This document shows positions 54,451-62,997 of a stretch of 64,000 nt of DNA, piece after piece. Source of the DNA: Candidatus Poribacteria bacterium (GTDB taxonomy: Bacteria > Poribacteria > WGA-4E > GCA-2687025). The notes below the pieces were generated by a model that worked only from the letters and a program-made list of their open reading frames with translations, was not told the origin of the DNA and made no database searches. The position numbers and the translations under genes were made by a program. Each line of letters opens with the position of its first letter. Position 1 is the stretch's first letter. The stretch spans positions 1,760,001 to 1,824,000 of the forward strand of contig OY762492.1 of NCBI GenBank assembly GCA_963665845.2, in the 5' to 3' direction.

Positions 54451-56310
54451 ATGAAACGCCGCCTACATTCACTCTGCGCATGCCTCTTCATCCTATGCGC
54501 GTTCCAAGCGTTTTCTTCAGATACGGTCTCGCGCCTCGGCCTCCCTGACGGCGCCAAGCTGCGCATCGGGAGAGGCAACGTCAAAGCGCTCGCTTATTCG
54601 CCGGACAGCTCGCGCCTCTTAGCCGCGGGCAGCCTCGGCGTCTGGATCTACGACGCGCGCTTCGGCAAGGAGATCGCTCTGCTTCAGGGGCATACGGGCA
54701 AGGTCGTTTCAGCCGCCTATTCTCCAGACGGGAAGCGCATCGTCACCGCAAGCGCGGACGCAACGGCGCGCGTCTGGGACGCGGAAACCGGCAAAACGCT
54801 CCACACGCTCAACGGACATACCAAGCGAGTCGCGTCCGCCGCCTACTCTTCCGACGGCAAACGGATCGTCACCGCCGGCTGGGACAAAACGGTACGCGTC
54901 TGGGACGCGGAGACCGGCAAGACGCTCCACACGCTCAACGGACATGAATATGGAGTCTATTCGGCGGCATTTTCGCCGGACGGCAGCCGCATCGTCAGCG
55001 GAGGCGACGATACGACGGTTCGCTTCTGGGACGCCGAGAGCGGCGCGCCGCTTGACACGTTGACCGAACATACCAAAACGGTCTTTTCAGTAGCGTATTC
55101 GCCGGACGGCAAGCGCGTTGCCAGCGGCGGACAGGACGGGACGCGGATTTGGGATGTTGATGAAGAAGGGGGTCGTCTTTCGGAACGCGCCTTGCTCAAA
55201 CCTCCGACTGGACATTTCAGGTCCGTCCAGTCGCTGGCGTATTCCGCGAACGGAAGGATTCTTGCGGCATGCGACGGGTTCGACCTGTCGCTGTGGAACG
55301 CCGCGGGCGGAGCGCCGATGCCGCCGTTTGAGGGGATCGACGGAAACGCCTATGCGTTCGCTTTAACCCCAGACGGCCATTTCGTCGCTGTCGCGGAAAG
55401 CGGTCCCATTCGCGTTTGGAACGTCAAAATCGGCGCCGCGGTCCGTTCGTTTGAGGGGCATGCGAATCAAATGGAGTTTGCCGCCTTTTCGCCGGACGGA
55501 AAACGAATCGCCGTTAAGATGCGCGACCGCCTGCAGATATACGATGTTGAGACGGGGGAAACCCTGAAATCGCATCAGGTCGGTTACATCGAATCGGCGG
55601 CGTATTCTCCCGACGCAAAGAAGATCGTCGGCGCCAACGGCAAGACGATCCACCTATGGGACGCCGAAACGGGCAACACGCTCCATACGATGAAGGGGCA
55701 TATGAAGGATGTCTTTTCCGCCTGCTTTTCCCCTGACGGATTGAGCGTTCTCTCCCACAGCTACGACAATACGATTCTCATCTGGGATGCGAATACGGGG
55801 GCGCAGCTGCTCGCGCTGATCGGCCACTCAAAGCCTGTGCGGACAGCGGCTTACTCATCCGACGGAAACCGAATCGTCAGCGCCAGCTGGGACCGGACGG
55901 TTCGCATCTGGAACGCCAAGACAGGCGCCCCAATCAAAACGCTGGAGGGTCATACATCTTCCGTTCACTCGGCGGCGTACTCGCCGGACGACGCGCGCAT
56001 CGTCAGCTCCAGCGGCGACGGCATCGTCTGGATATGGGACGCGGAAACCGGCGGCTTGCTCAAAAAACTGGAGGGTCATCAACGGTATGTGTATTCGGCG
56101 GCGTATTCGCCGGACGGCAGGCGCATCGCCAGCGGAGGCACAGAGACTGGAACCGTTCGCGTCTGGGACGCGGAGACTGGAGCCGTTCTCAAAACGTTCG
56201 AAGGGCATATGGATGAGGTGAACTGGGTCAGGTATTCATCGGACGGCAAAACGCTGGGGAGCGCCAGCGGCGACGGTACCGTCATCCTATGGGACGTCTC
56301 CGACCTGTGA
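54451..56310 (+). CDS. Secreted WD40-repeat protein (about 14 blades)
   Basis: Signal peptide, LPDGAKLRIGRG, repeated GH..V.SAAYSPDGKRIVS..D.TVRVWDAETG. Confidence 0.94.
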   Translation: MKRRLHSLCACLFILCAFQAFSSDTVSRLGLPDGAKLRIGRGNVKALAYSPDSSRLLAAGSLGVWIYDARFGKEIALLQGHTGKVVSAAYSPDGKRIVTASADATARVWDAETGKTLHTLNGHTKRVASAAYSSDGKRIVTAGWDKTVRVWDAETGKTLHTLNGHEYGVYSAAFSPDGSRIVSGGDDTTVRFWDAESGAPLDTLTEHTKTVFSVAYSPDGKRVASGGQDGTRIWDVDEEGGRLSERALLKPPTGHFRSVQSLAYSANGRILAACDGFDLSLWNAAGGAPMPPFEGIDGNAYAFALTPDGHFVAVAESGPIRVWNVKIGAAVRSFEGHANQMEFAAFSPDGKRIAVKMRDRLQIYDVETGETLKSHQVGYIESAAYSPDAKKIVGANGKTIHLWDAETGNTLHTMKGHMKDVFSACFSPDGLSVLSHSYDNTILIWDANTGAQLLALIGHSKPVRTAAYSSDGNRIVSASWDRTVRIWNAKTGAPIKTLEGHTSSVHSAAYSPDDARIVSSSGDGIVWIWDAETGGLLKKLEGHQRYVYSAAYSPDGRRIASGGTETGTVRVWDAETGAVLKTFEGHMDEVNWVRYSSDGKTLGSASGDGTVILWDVSDL

Positions 56311-56342
56311 TGCGCAGAATCAAAGTGAAAAGGGTATCAAGC

Positions 56343-58235
56343 ATGAACAACTCCCGCGGCGTTAGACAAAGGCTGTATCCTCTCTGCGCATGCCTATTCA
56401 CCCTATGCGCATTCAATGCGTTTTCTTCAGAGATGGTCTCGCGCCTCGGCCTTCCTGAAGGCGCCAAGCTGCGCATCGGCAGAGGCATGATTAACTCGAT
56501 AGACTACTCGCCCGACAATACCCGAATTGCGGTCGGCGGGAGCCTCGGCGTCTGGATCTACGACGCGCGGTTCGGCGGGGAGATCGCGCTGCTTCGAGGA
56601 CATACGGGGCCTGTTACTTCAGCCGCCTACTCTCCAAACGGAAAGCGCATCGTCAGCGCCAGCGCGGACAAGACCGTACGCATTTGGGACGCCGAAACCG
56701 GCGCGCTTCTCAACACTCTTGAAGAACATAAGTACAGCGTCCAATTGGCGGCGTACTCTCCAGACGGGAAGCGCATCGTCAGCGGCGACTGGACTGAAAC
56801 AGTGCGCATTTGGGACGCCAAGACCGGCGCGCTTCTCAAAACGCTTGCGGGCGGCGCTCTATCGGCGGCGTACTCTCCAGACGGGAAGCGCATCGTCAGC
56901 GGCGGCTGGGATAAAACAATTCGAATTTGGGACGCCGAAACCGGCGAGGTTCTCAACGGGCTTGAAGGACATACTGACGGCGTCCGATCTGTAGCGTATT
57001 CTCCAGACGGAAAAACGATCGCCAGCTGCGACAATCACACGGTTCGGGTTTGGGACGCCGAAACCGGCGCGCTTCTCAATACTCATGACGTTGACGAGGA
57101 TTGGATCCATTCGGTCGCGTTTTCGCCGGACGGAAGGATCCTCATCGGCGGAGGATCTATAAAACTGTATATGTGGAGCGTCGTATCCGGGGCGCCTCTC
57201 CCCCCGTTCGATAGCAGTCCTAGCGGCGGTTCGATCGCATTTTCGCCGGACGGGCATTTTATCGCCGGCGCAGAAATGAACGGCGTCATTCGCATCTGGA
57301 ACATCGAGATCGGCGCTCTTGTCAGGACGTTTGAGGGGCATACGGGCCCCGTCAAGTACGGCTCGTTTTCGCCGGACGGAAAACGAATCGTCGTCGAATA
57401 CCATCGCACAAGCCTCCTGCATATATGGGATGCTGACACTGGCAAGCTTCTCAACACGCTGCACAATCTTGACGCTCATGTGGGCATGGCGGCATATTCG
57501 CCGGACGGCATGCGCATTGTCGGCGTGCAGGGCGATACGAACCTCCATATAGTGGACGCCGAAACAGGGAAGCTTCTGACCGCGGTCAAGGGAGGAGCGG
57601 ATAAGTTCGTTGCCGCGTCGTTTTCTCCAAACGGGCGTACCCTTGTCAGCGCTGGCTGGAACGGATTTGTTCAGATATGGGACGCCAAGACCGGCGCGCT
57701 TCTCAACACGCTCAAAGGCCATAGAAGGCGGGGTAAAAATGAGTATTCGCCGGTCTATTCAGCCGTCTATTCTCCTGACGGAAAAAAGATCGTCAGCGCG
57801 GGTTCGGAGGGTAGAATTCGGACATGGGACGCCGAGACCGGCGCGCCTCTCAACACATTCAAAGAAAAAGGATATATTTTATCGGCGGGATATTCTCCTG
57901 ACGGAAAAAAGATCGTCAGCGCGAGCGGCGCGGGCGAGGACCTGACAGTTCGCATCTGGGACGCCGACACAGGCGACATTCTCAAAACGCTTGAAGGACA
58001 TACGCACTTTGTAAGATGGGCGGTCTATTCGCCGGACGGCAAGAATATCGCCAGCGGCGGCAACGACACGACTGTTCGCATCTGGGACGCGGAAACAGGC
58101 GCGCTTCTCAAAACGCTTGAAGGACATACGGACGAAGTCGACTGGGTGGGATATTCGTCGGATGGGAAGACGCTGGGGAGCGCCAGCGACGACGGTACGG
58201 TTATCCTATGGGACCTCTCCGACATAAGCCCATGA
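56343..58235 (+). CDS. Secreted WD40-repeat protein, tandem paralog
   Basis: Start MNNSRG, signal peptide and LPEGAKLRIGRG shared with its neighbour, about 14 WD40 repeats. Confidence 0.94.
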   Translation: MNNSRGVRQRLYPLCACLFTLCAFNAFSSEMVSRLGLPEGAKLRIGRGMINSIDYSPDNTRIAVGGSLGVWIYDARFGGEIALLRGHTGPVTSAAYSPNGKRIVSASADKTVRIWDAETGALLNTLEEHKYSVQLAAYSPDGKRIVSGDWTETVRIWDAKTGALLKTLAGGALSAAYSPDGKRIVSGGWDKTIRIWDAETGEVLNGLEGHTDGVRSVAYSPDGKTIASCDNHTVRVWDAETGALLNTHDVDEDWIHSVAFSPDGRILIGGGSIKLYMWSVVSGAPLPPFDSSPSGGSIAFSPDGHFIAGAEMNGVIRIWNIEIGALVRTFEGHTGPVKYGSFSPDGKRIVVEYHRTSLLHIWDADTGKLLNTLHNLDAHVGMAAYSPDGMRIVGVQGDTNLHIVDAETGKLLTAVKGGADKFVAASFSPNGRTLVSAGWNGFVQIWDAKTGALLNTLKGHRRRGKNEYSPVYSAVYSPDGKKIVSAGSEGRIRTWDAETGAPLNTFKEKGYILSAGYSPDGKKIVSASGAGEDLTVRIWDADTGDILKTLEGHTHFVRWAVYSPDGKNIASGGNDTTVRIWDAETGALLKTLEGHTDEVDWVGYSSDGKTLGSASDDGTVILWDLSDISP

Positions 58236-59068
58236 AAACGCGCATGTCGACAGCCCCCATCGCCTCGGAGCGCCTGTCGCGGTGGAGCCGCATAGAGAGC
58301 GCGCAGTTTTTTCGGCGGATGCGTCCGCATGACATGCGCGAATGGCGGCGCCTCGCCCTGCGCGTCGAAACCGCCGCCAAACAGCCGCTTCAACCTCCCC
58401 CTCCCAAAAGCCGCCCTGTCGACTGGATCGGCGCCGTCGAAGAGGGGCGCATACGGCTTGACCTCTCCCCCGCGCCGACCGACTCCGACGCGCCCAGCAA
58501 CGAAGAAGACCTGCGCATACAGGTGGCGGAAGCGGGAGACCTGCTAGGCTGTCTCGCCGCCCGTTCCGCCGATTCTTCTCCTGTTGAGGCGCTGCGCGAC
58601 TCGGCTGTCTGGTTCGTTCCGCTGGACGCCTTCCGCCGATTCATTCAGTGGCGCGGGGGCTGGGGCATGCCGTTCCGCCCGGTCTTTTTAAAACAGATGC
58701 CGCTGCGCGCCTTATACGGCAAATCGCGGAACGCGCGCGCCGCCTCCGCCCTGTTAGAGCTGCTGAAACGCGGAACCGAAAGCCGGGCAACGCAGCGCAT
58801 CTTAAAGGAGCGGTTCGGGGCGGGGCGTCTCGCGCGATGGATCGGGGCGGACGCCGAATGGACGCGCCGATGGCTTCAAAACGCCTGCGCCGAACGCATC
58901 CTGACGCGCCGCTGCCGCCGATGGACAATCGCGAACCTGTGGCGGCTCGTCCAATGGTCAGAGAAGGGCGCGCTGGAACGCAACTTTCAACTTCCGCCCG
59001 ATCCTTACGAAGAGGCGGCGCCGATGGAAACCGCCTTTTCAACGCGCCGCTACGACCGCTCCGCCTGA
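58232..59068 (+). CDS. Divergent Crp/Fnr-like protein
   Basis: ATGA-coupled to the WD40 gene. VEEGRIRL..EAGDLLG..VEALRDSAVWFVP (cNMP-fold-like); RAASALLEL; LARWIGADAEWTRRWL (HTH-like). Confidence 0.55.
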   Translation: MKTRMSTAPIASERLSRWSRIESAQFFRRMRPHDMREWRRLALRVETAAKQPLQPPPPKSRPVDWIGAVEEGRIRLDLSPAPTDSDAPSNEEDLRIQVAEAGDLLGCLAARSADSSPVEALRDSAVWFVPLDAFRRFIQWRGGWGMPFRPVFLKQMPLRALYGKSRNARAASALLELLKRGTESRATQRILKERFGAGRLARWIGADAEWTRRWLQNACAERILTRRCRRWTIANLWRLVQWSEKGALERNFQLPPDPYEEAAPMETAFSTRRYDRSA

Positions 59069-60093
59069 CTTTGCCGAAGGATCGTCAAGAAAAACGGCGC
59101 GCCTATCGCCGCTGTCAAGATGCCCACCGGCAGCTCCAGCGGCGCGGCGGCTGTCCGAGCGATCAGGTCGCATAAGGTCAAAAACGCGCCTCCAAACAGA
59201 CAGGAGGCGGGAACCGCCCTGCCGTTGTCGGAACCGACAAGGCGGCGAACGATATGCGGCGCGATGATTCCGACAAAACCGATCATCCCCGCCGCCGCGA
59301 CTGTACCCGCCGCTGTCAACGAACCGAGCAGCAGCATCCACCGTTTGAAACGCTCCACATTCAAGCCGAGAGACGCCGCCCGTTCCTCGCCGAGCATCAT
59401 CAGATTGAGCGCGGGCGCCAGACGCCAGCAGACCGCCGCTGTCGGAATCGTCAAGCAGGCGAGCAGGGCGGCGCTGCGCCAAGACGCCGATCCCAAATTG
59501 CCCATCATCCAGTACAACAGCCCGCGAAACTGCTGTAAAACGCGAATCCACAGGTACGAGGTCAACGCGGCCGCCAGAGACCCGACCGCGATTCCCGCCA
59601 GCAGAATGTCGGATAGGTTCAAGAACCGCCCTCGGCTCGCCAGCAGATACGCCGCCGCGACCGCCGCCAAAGCGCCCGCAAAGGCGCTTGCCGCGCGTCC
59701 TGCCAACGCTCCCGTTTCGGCTGAATTTCCGGACGCCGCCGCGGTTGCCGCGATAAAAATGGTCGCGCCGAGAGCCGCCCCCGGCGACACTCCGATGATA
59801 TACGGCTCCGCCAGCGGGTTGCGCAGCAGCGCCTGAAACAACGCCCCCACCGCCGCCAGCCCCATGCCCGCCGCGTATGCGGTCAACACGCGGGGCAGGC
59901 GGATGTTCCAGTACAGATGCGCCGCGCGGTCTTCCAGCGGCGCGCCGCCCTCAAAAAGCGTCTCCCGCCAGATCGAGAGCTGCTTCCCGACAGGTATCGA
60001 CACGGCGCCCAGGGCGCATGACAACAGAACCGCCGTCGCCCCCAGAATCGCCAGCCCCGTCAACACCCAGACGAGAGGCGCCCGCCGAATCAT
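59050..60093 (-). CDS. FecCD/BtuC family ABC permease (cobalamin/iron chelate)
   Basis: IRLPRVL, QALLRNPLAEPYIIGVSPGA, LGEERAASLG, IGFVGIIAPH, ELPVG..GAPFF. Confidence 0.94.
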   Translation of the reverse strand: MIRRAPLVWVLTGLAILGATAVLLSCALGAVSIPVGKQLSIWRETLFEGGAPLEDRAAHLYWNIRLPRVLTAYAAGMGLAAVGALFQALLRNPLAEPYIIGVSPGAALGATIFIAATAAASGNSAETGALAGRAASAFAGALAAVAAAYLLASRGRFLNLSDILLAGIAVGSLAAALTSYLWIRVLQQFRGLLYWMMGNLGSASWRSAALLACLTIPTAAVCWRLAPALNLMMLGEERAASLGLNVERFKRWMLLLGSLTAAGTVAAAGMIGFVGIIAPHIVRRLVGSDNGRAVPASCLFGGAFLTLCDLIARTAAAPLELPVGILTAAIGAPFFLTILRQSQAERS

Positions 60094-60959
60094 GAGTCGG
60101 GATGCAGCAGCTGCGAGAGGCGGTCTAAGGCGGCGGGAAGGCGCGGGCCGGGGCGCGCCGCCTCGTCAGACGAAAACAGATAAATGCGCCCGGAACGAAC
60201 CGCCTCTAGAGACGGAAAACGGCGGCGCGCCCATTCGGCGGCCGCCTCGTTATGAACCAGCAGAATGTCAGGGTTGCGCAGGATGAGCGTCTCCTCGCTG
60301 AACGGCGCATAGGCGGAGCCGAGGTCGGAGGCGATGTTCTCGCCGCCGGCTTTCTGAATCATATCATGGTGGAAGTTGCCGGGGCCGACCGTTGAAAGCG
60401 GTTGATTCCATTGTACCCAAAAAACGGTTGGACGTTCTTTCCCCGCCGCGCGCGCCGCCGCCCGTTCAATTGCGGCAAAGAGCGCCTGTTCAAGTTCGCG
60501 CGCCTTTTCTTCGGCTCCAAACACTTTCCCCAGCGCCGCGATGGAACGCGCGATGGCATGCATATCGGAGCTGTCCATCGCTATATATTGAACGCCGAGT
60601 TCGCGCAGCCGGTCAGCGGATGCGTCTGTAAAGCCGCGCGCCCCGACCGCCGCATCGATTTTCAGCGCGGCGATCTTCTCATAGTTTAAGGAAAAATCGC
60701 CGATCGATTCCTTCTCTTTCGCTTCAGGCGGATAGTCGCAATTGCTGGTTACGGCGGCGATGCGATCCTCTAAACCGAGCGCGTACAGCGTCTCCGTCGC
60801 GCTTGGAAGAATCGATGCGATGCGCAGCGTCTCAACGTTTTCAAAATGCAAACCCCCTTTAGAGGGCGGATCGTTCGGCGCCTGCTTGCAACCCCAAACG
60901 CCTGCGGCTGCCGCGCACACCCATAACAACACGATCCAGCGCCGACGCCTGCCGCCCAT
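60090..60959 (-). CDS. BtuF-like substrate-binding lipoprotein
   Basis: Lipobox VWG-C, RIASILPSATETLYALG, VTSNCDYP, AGGENI, RPGPRL. Confidence 0.88.
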   Translation of the reverse strand: MGGRRRRWIVLLWVCAAAAGVWGCKQAPNDPPSKGGLHFENVETLRIASILPSATETLYALGLEDRIAAVTSNCDYPPEAKEKESIGDFSLNYEKIAALKIDAAVGARGFTDASADRLRELGVQYIAMDSSDMHAIARSIAALGKVFGAEEKARELEQALFAAIERAAARAAGKERPTVFWVQWNQPLSTVGPGNFHHDMIQKAGGENIASDLGSAYAPFSEETLILRNPDILLVHNEAAAEWARRRFPSLEAVRSGRIYLFSSDEAARPGPRLPAALDRLSQLLHPDS

Positions 60960-61090
60960 TTAATCACCCCGATGACAACCGTAAGAGAGCAGGCTTAGAA
61001 TAACCGCCGAGCCGCCGTAACGCAACTGGCTATCCTGACAGCAGTACCTAGCAGATGATGGCATTTATTTTGCGCGGCGCCGATCCTTGC

Positions 61091-61192
61091 CGTCATTCCT
61101 GCGCAAGCGGGAATCTAGAGGAGGCGCAGACGACGTCCGCGGCTAAAACCCCCCTAGCCCCCCTTTTCAAGGGGGAAGCGGACGCAAGGTCA
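61091..61192. repeat. Degenerate MITE body: dRS3-like hairpin + poly-C/G hairpin ending in AAGGTCAG
   Basis: ATTCCT-GCGCAAGC-GGGAAT (61095-61114), CCCCCTTTTCAAGGGGG. Confidence 0.7.
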
Positions 61193-61203
61193 GTCGAATC
61201 GGC

Positions 61204-61233
61204 TTGACCTGGCAGCCGATTCTGTGACACAAT
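61204..61233 (+). promoter_or_regulatory. Putative sigma-70 promoter of the oxidase operon
   Basis: TTGACC-18 nt-CACAAT with extended -10 TG. Confidence 0.45.
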
Positions 61234-61282
61234 TGAGAACCGACCTGAATCGATCGTATCGTCCGTACATTGGAGGAGAGGC

Positions 61283-62086
61283 ATGAAACGAACATGGGTT
61301 GTGAAATTAGCGGTTGCGGCTCTGGCGGCGGGAACGGCGCTCGCTGTCGGATGCGCAAAAAAGGAGGACAAACGGCCGACCCGTCCTGAAGCCGTGCGGC
61401 AAGCCCCGACGCCCGGCGGACAGGCTCCAACGCAGCTGCTCGGAACCGCGACCGTTACAGGCGTCGTAAAATATATCGGCGCGCCGAAGCGCCGGGAGAG
61501 CCTGAACAACCAGATGGGCGGCGACGCCGTATGCGCGGCCGCCGCGGCCGCCGGCTCCGTTTTGGATGAAACCTTTGTCATCGACGGCGCCACCGGCGCG
61601 GTCAAAAACGTGTTTGTGTATGTGAAAGACGCGCCGAAGGGAAAGTACGCCGTCCCCGCCGACCAGAAGGTTCTAGACCAAAAAGGCTGCGTCTACATGC
61701 CGCACGCCCTCGCCCTTCAGACGAACCAGACGCTGAACATTCTCAACAGCGACGACACAACGCACAATGTCAATTCGCAGTCGGAAATCAACAAAGGCTT
61801 CAACGAGTCGATGACCTCTGGCAGCGCAAAAATCTCCAAAAAGTTTCCGAAGCAGGAGATCTTCAGAATCAAATGCGACGTGCATGGCTGGATGGGCGCT
61901 TACGTCGGCGTGTTTGAGCATCCGTTCTTTGCAGTGACGGCTGAAGACGGCTCCTTCTCCATCGGACAGCTCCCGGCGGGAACCTATACGCTGGCGGCGT
62001 ATCATGAGAAACTAAAAGAGGCGGAAGCGACCGTCACCGTCGGCGAGGGCGGAGAGCAAACGGTCGAAATCTCCTTCGGCGGTTAA
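61283..62086 (+). CDS. Lipoprotein with cupredoxin-like and carboxypeptidase-regulatory-like domains, first gene of the oxidase operon
   Basis: Lipobox AVG-C, LDQKGCVYMPH, NSDDTTHNV, KCDVHGWM, HPFFAVT..GSFSI..LPAGTY. Confidence 0.8.
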   Translation: MKRTWVVKLAVAALAAGTALAVGCAKKEDKRPTRPEAVRQAPTPGGQAPTQLLGTATVTGVVKYIGAPKRRESLNNQMGGDAVCAAAAAAGSVLDETFVIDGATGAVKNVFVYVKDAPKGKYAVPADQKVLDQKGCVYMPHALALQTNQTLNILNSDDTTHNVNSQSEINKGFNESMTSGSAKISKKFPKQEIFRIKCDVHGWMGAYVGVFEHPFFAVTAEDGSFSIGQLPAGTYTLAAYHEKLKEAEATVTVGEGGEQTVEISFGG

Positions 62087-62118
62087 ACGGACAGGACAAC
62101 TTTGGAACGAGACAGCGT

Positions 62119-62997
62119 ATGAACAGATCCTTGAAACGGCTCATCGGCTGCGCGGCGGCTCTCTTCGCCTTGCTTACAGGCGCGTCAACGGCGCAAGAAC
62201 CGCTGCCGCTTCCTGAATACAGCGGATGGTGGCTTCCCGAAAACTTTTCTACCGACGGAGTCGTCATTGACCAGCTCTTCAACCTGATTCTGGTCGTGGT
62301 CGTCGTCGTGTTCGTCGCCGTCCAGGTTACGTTGATCGTGTTTTTGGTGAAGTACCGGGCGCGTCCCGGCGGCAAGGCAACCTACATCCACGGCAACAAC
62401 CGCCTTGAGATACTCTGGACAGCGGTACCCGCTGTGTTTCTCGCCGTTCTTTCTTTTTTAAGTCAGCAAGGATGGGTGAAAATCAAGCCGGCCGAGGGGT
62501 TCCGATCGGGAGAAGTTGGACAGGCGGGGCGCGAAGCCGACCTTGTCATTGAAGTGGTCGCCGAGCAGTTCGCTTGGAATATACGTTACCCAGGCGCCGA
62601 CAGCAAATTCGGACCGCGGCGCCCCGATCTGGTCTCCGTCGCCAACCCGATCGGCATTGATCGCGATCACCCGGACGGCGCCGACGACATCTTTCTCACT
62701 GGACAAATGCATGTGCCGATGGACAAGCGCATTCAGGTGAATCTCACCTCCAAAGATGTTCTCCACTCCTTCTTCCTGCCGCACAGCCGAGTCAAACAGG
62801 ACGCCGTACCCGGCATGGTTATCCAGATGTTTTTTGACGTCACGCGCGCCGGCAGTTACGAAATCGCATGCGCCGAATTGTGCGGCAACAACCATTACAA
62901 TATGAAGGGAACGCTCACCGCGCATCCGACCGTCGAAGCGTACCAGGCGGCAATTGACCGGTTTGCGCCCGCTCCAATCGCAGAGGACACGCAATGA
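62119..62997 (+). CDS. coxB: Cytochrome c oxidase subunit II
   Basis: Two TMs, LEILWTAVP, QFAW, DVLHSF, KQDAVPG, CuA motif CAELCGNNHYNM. Confidence 0.95.
   Translation: MNRSLKRLIGCAAALFALLTGASTAQEPLPLPEYSGWWLPENFSTDGVVIDQLFNLILVVVVVVFVAVQVTLIVFLVKYRARPGGKATYIHGNNRLEILWTAVPAVFLAVLSFLSQQGWVKIKPAEGFRSGEVGQAGREADLVIEVVAEQFAWNIRYPGADSKFGPRRPDLVSVANPIGIDRDHPDGADDIFLTGQMHVPMDKRIQVNLTSKDVLHSFFLPHSRVKQDAVPGMVIQMFFDVTRAGSYEIACAELCGNNHYNMKGTLTAHPTVEAYQAAIDRFAPAPIAEDTQ

Noticed and set aside
60960-61090. Cobalamin riboswitch upstream of the btuF-like gene
   Set aside because: No B12-box or GCCACTG/GGGAA core found on the minus strand.
61223-61238. CRP/FNR/Rex box before the oxidase operon (TGTGA-N6-TGAGA)
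   Set aside because: Second half-site matches poorly; better explained as an extended -10 element.
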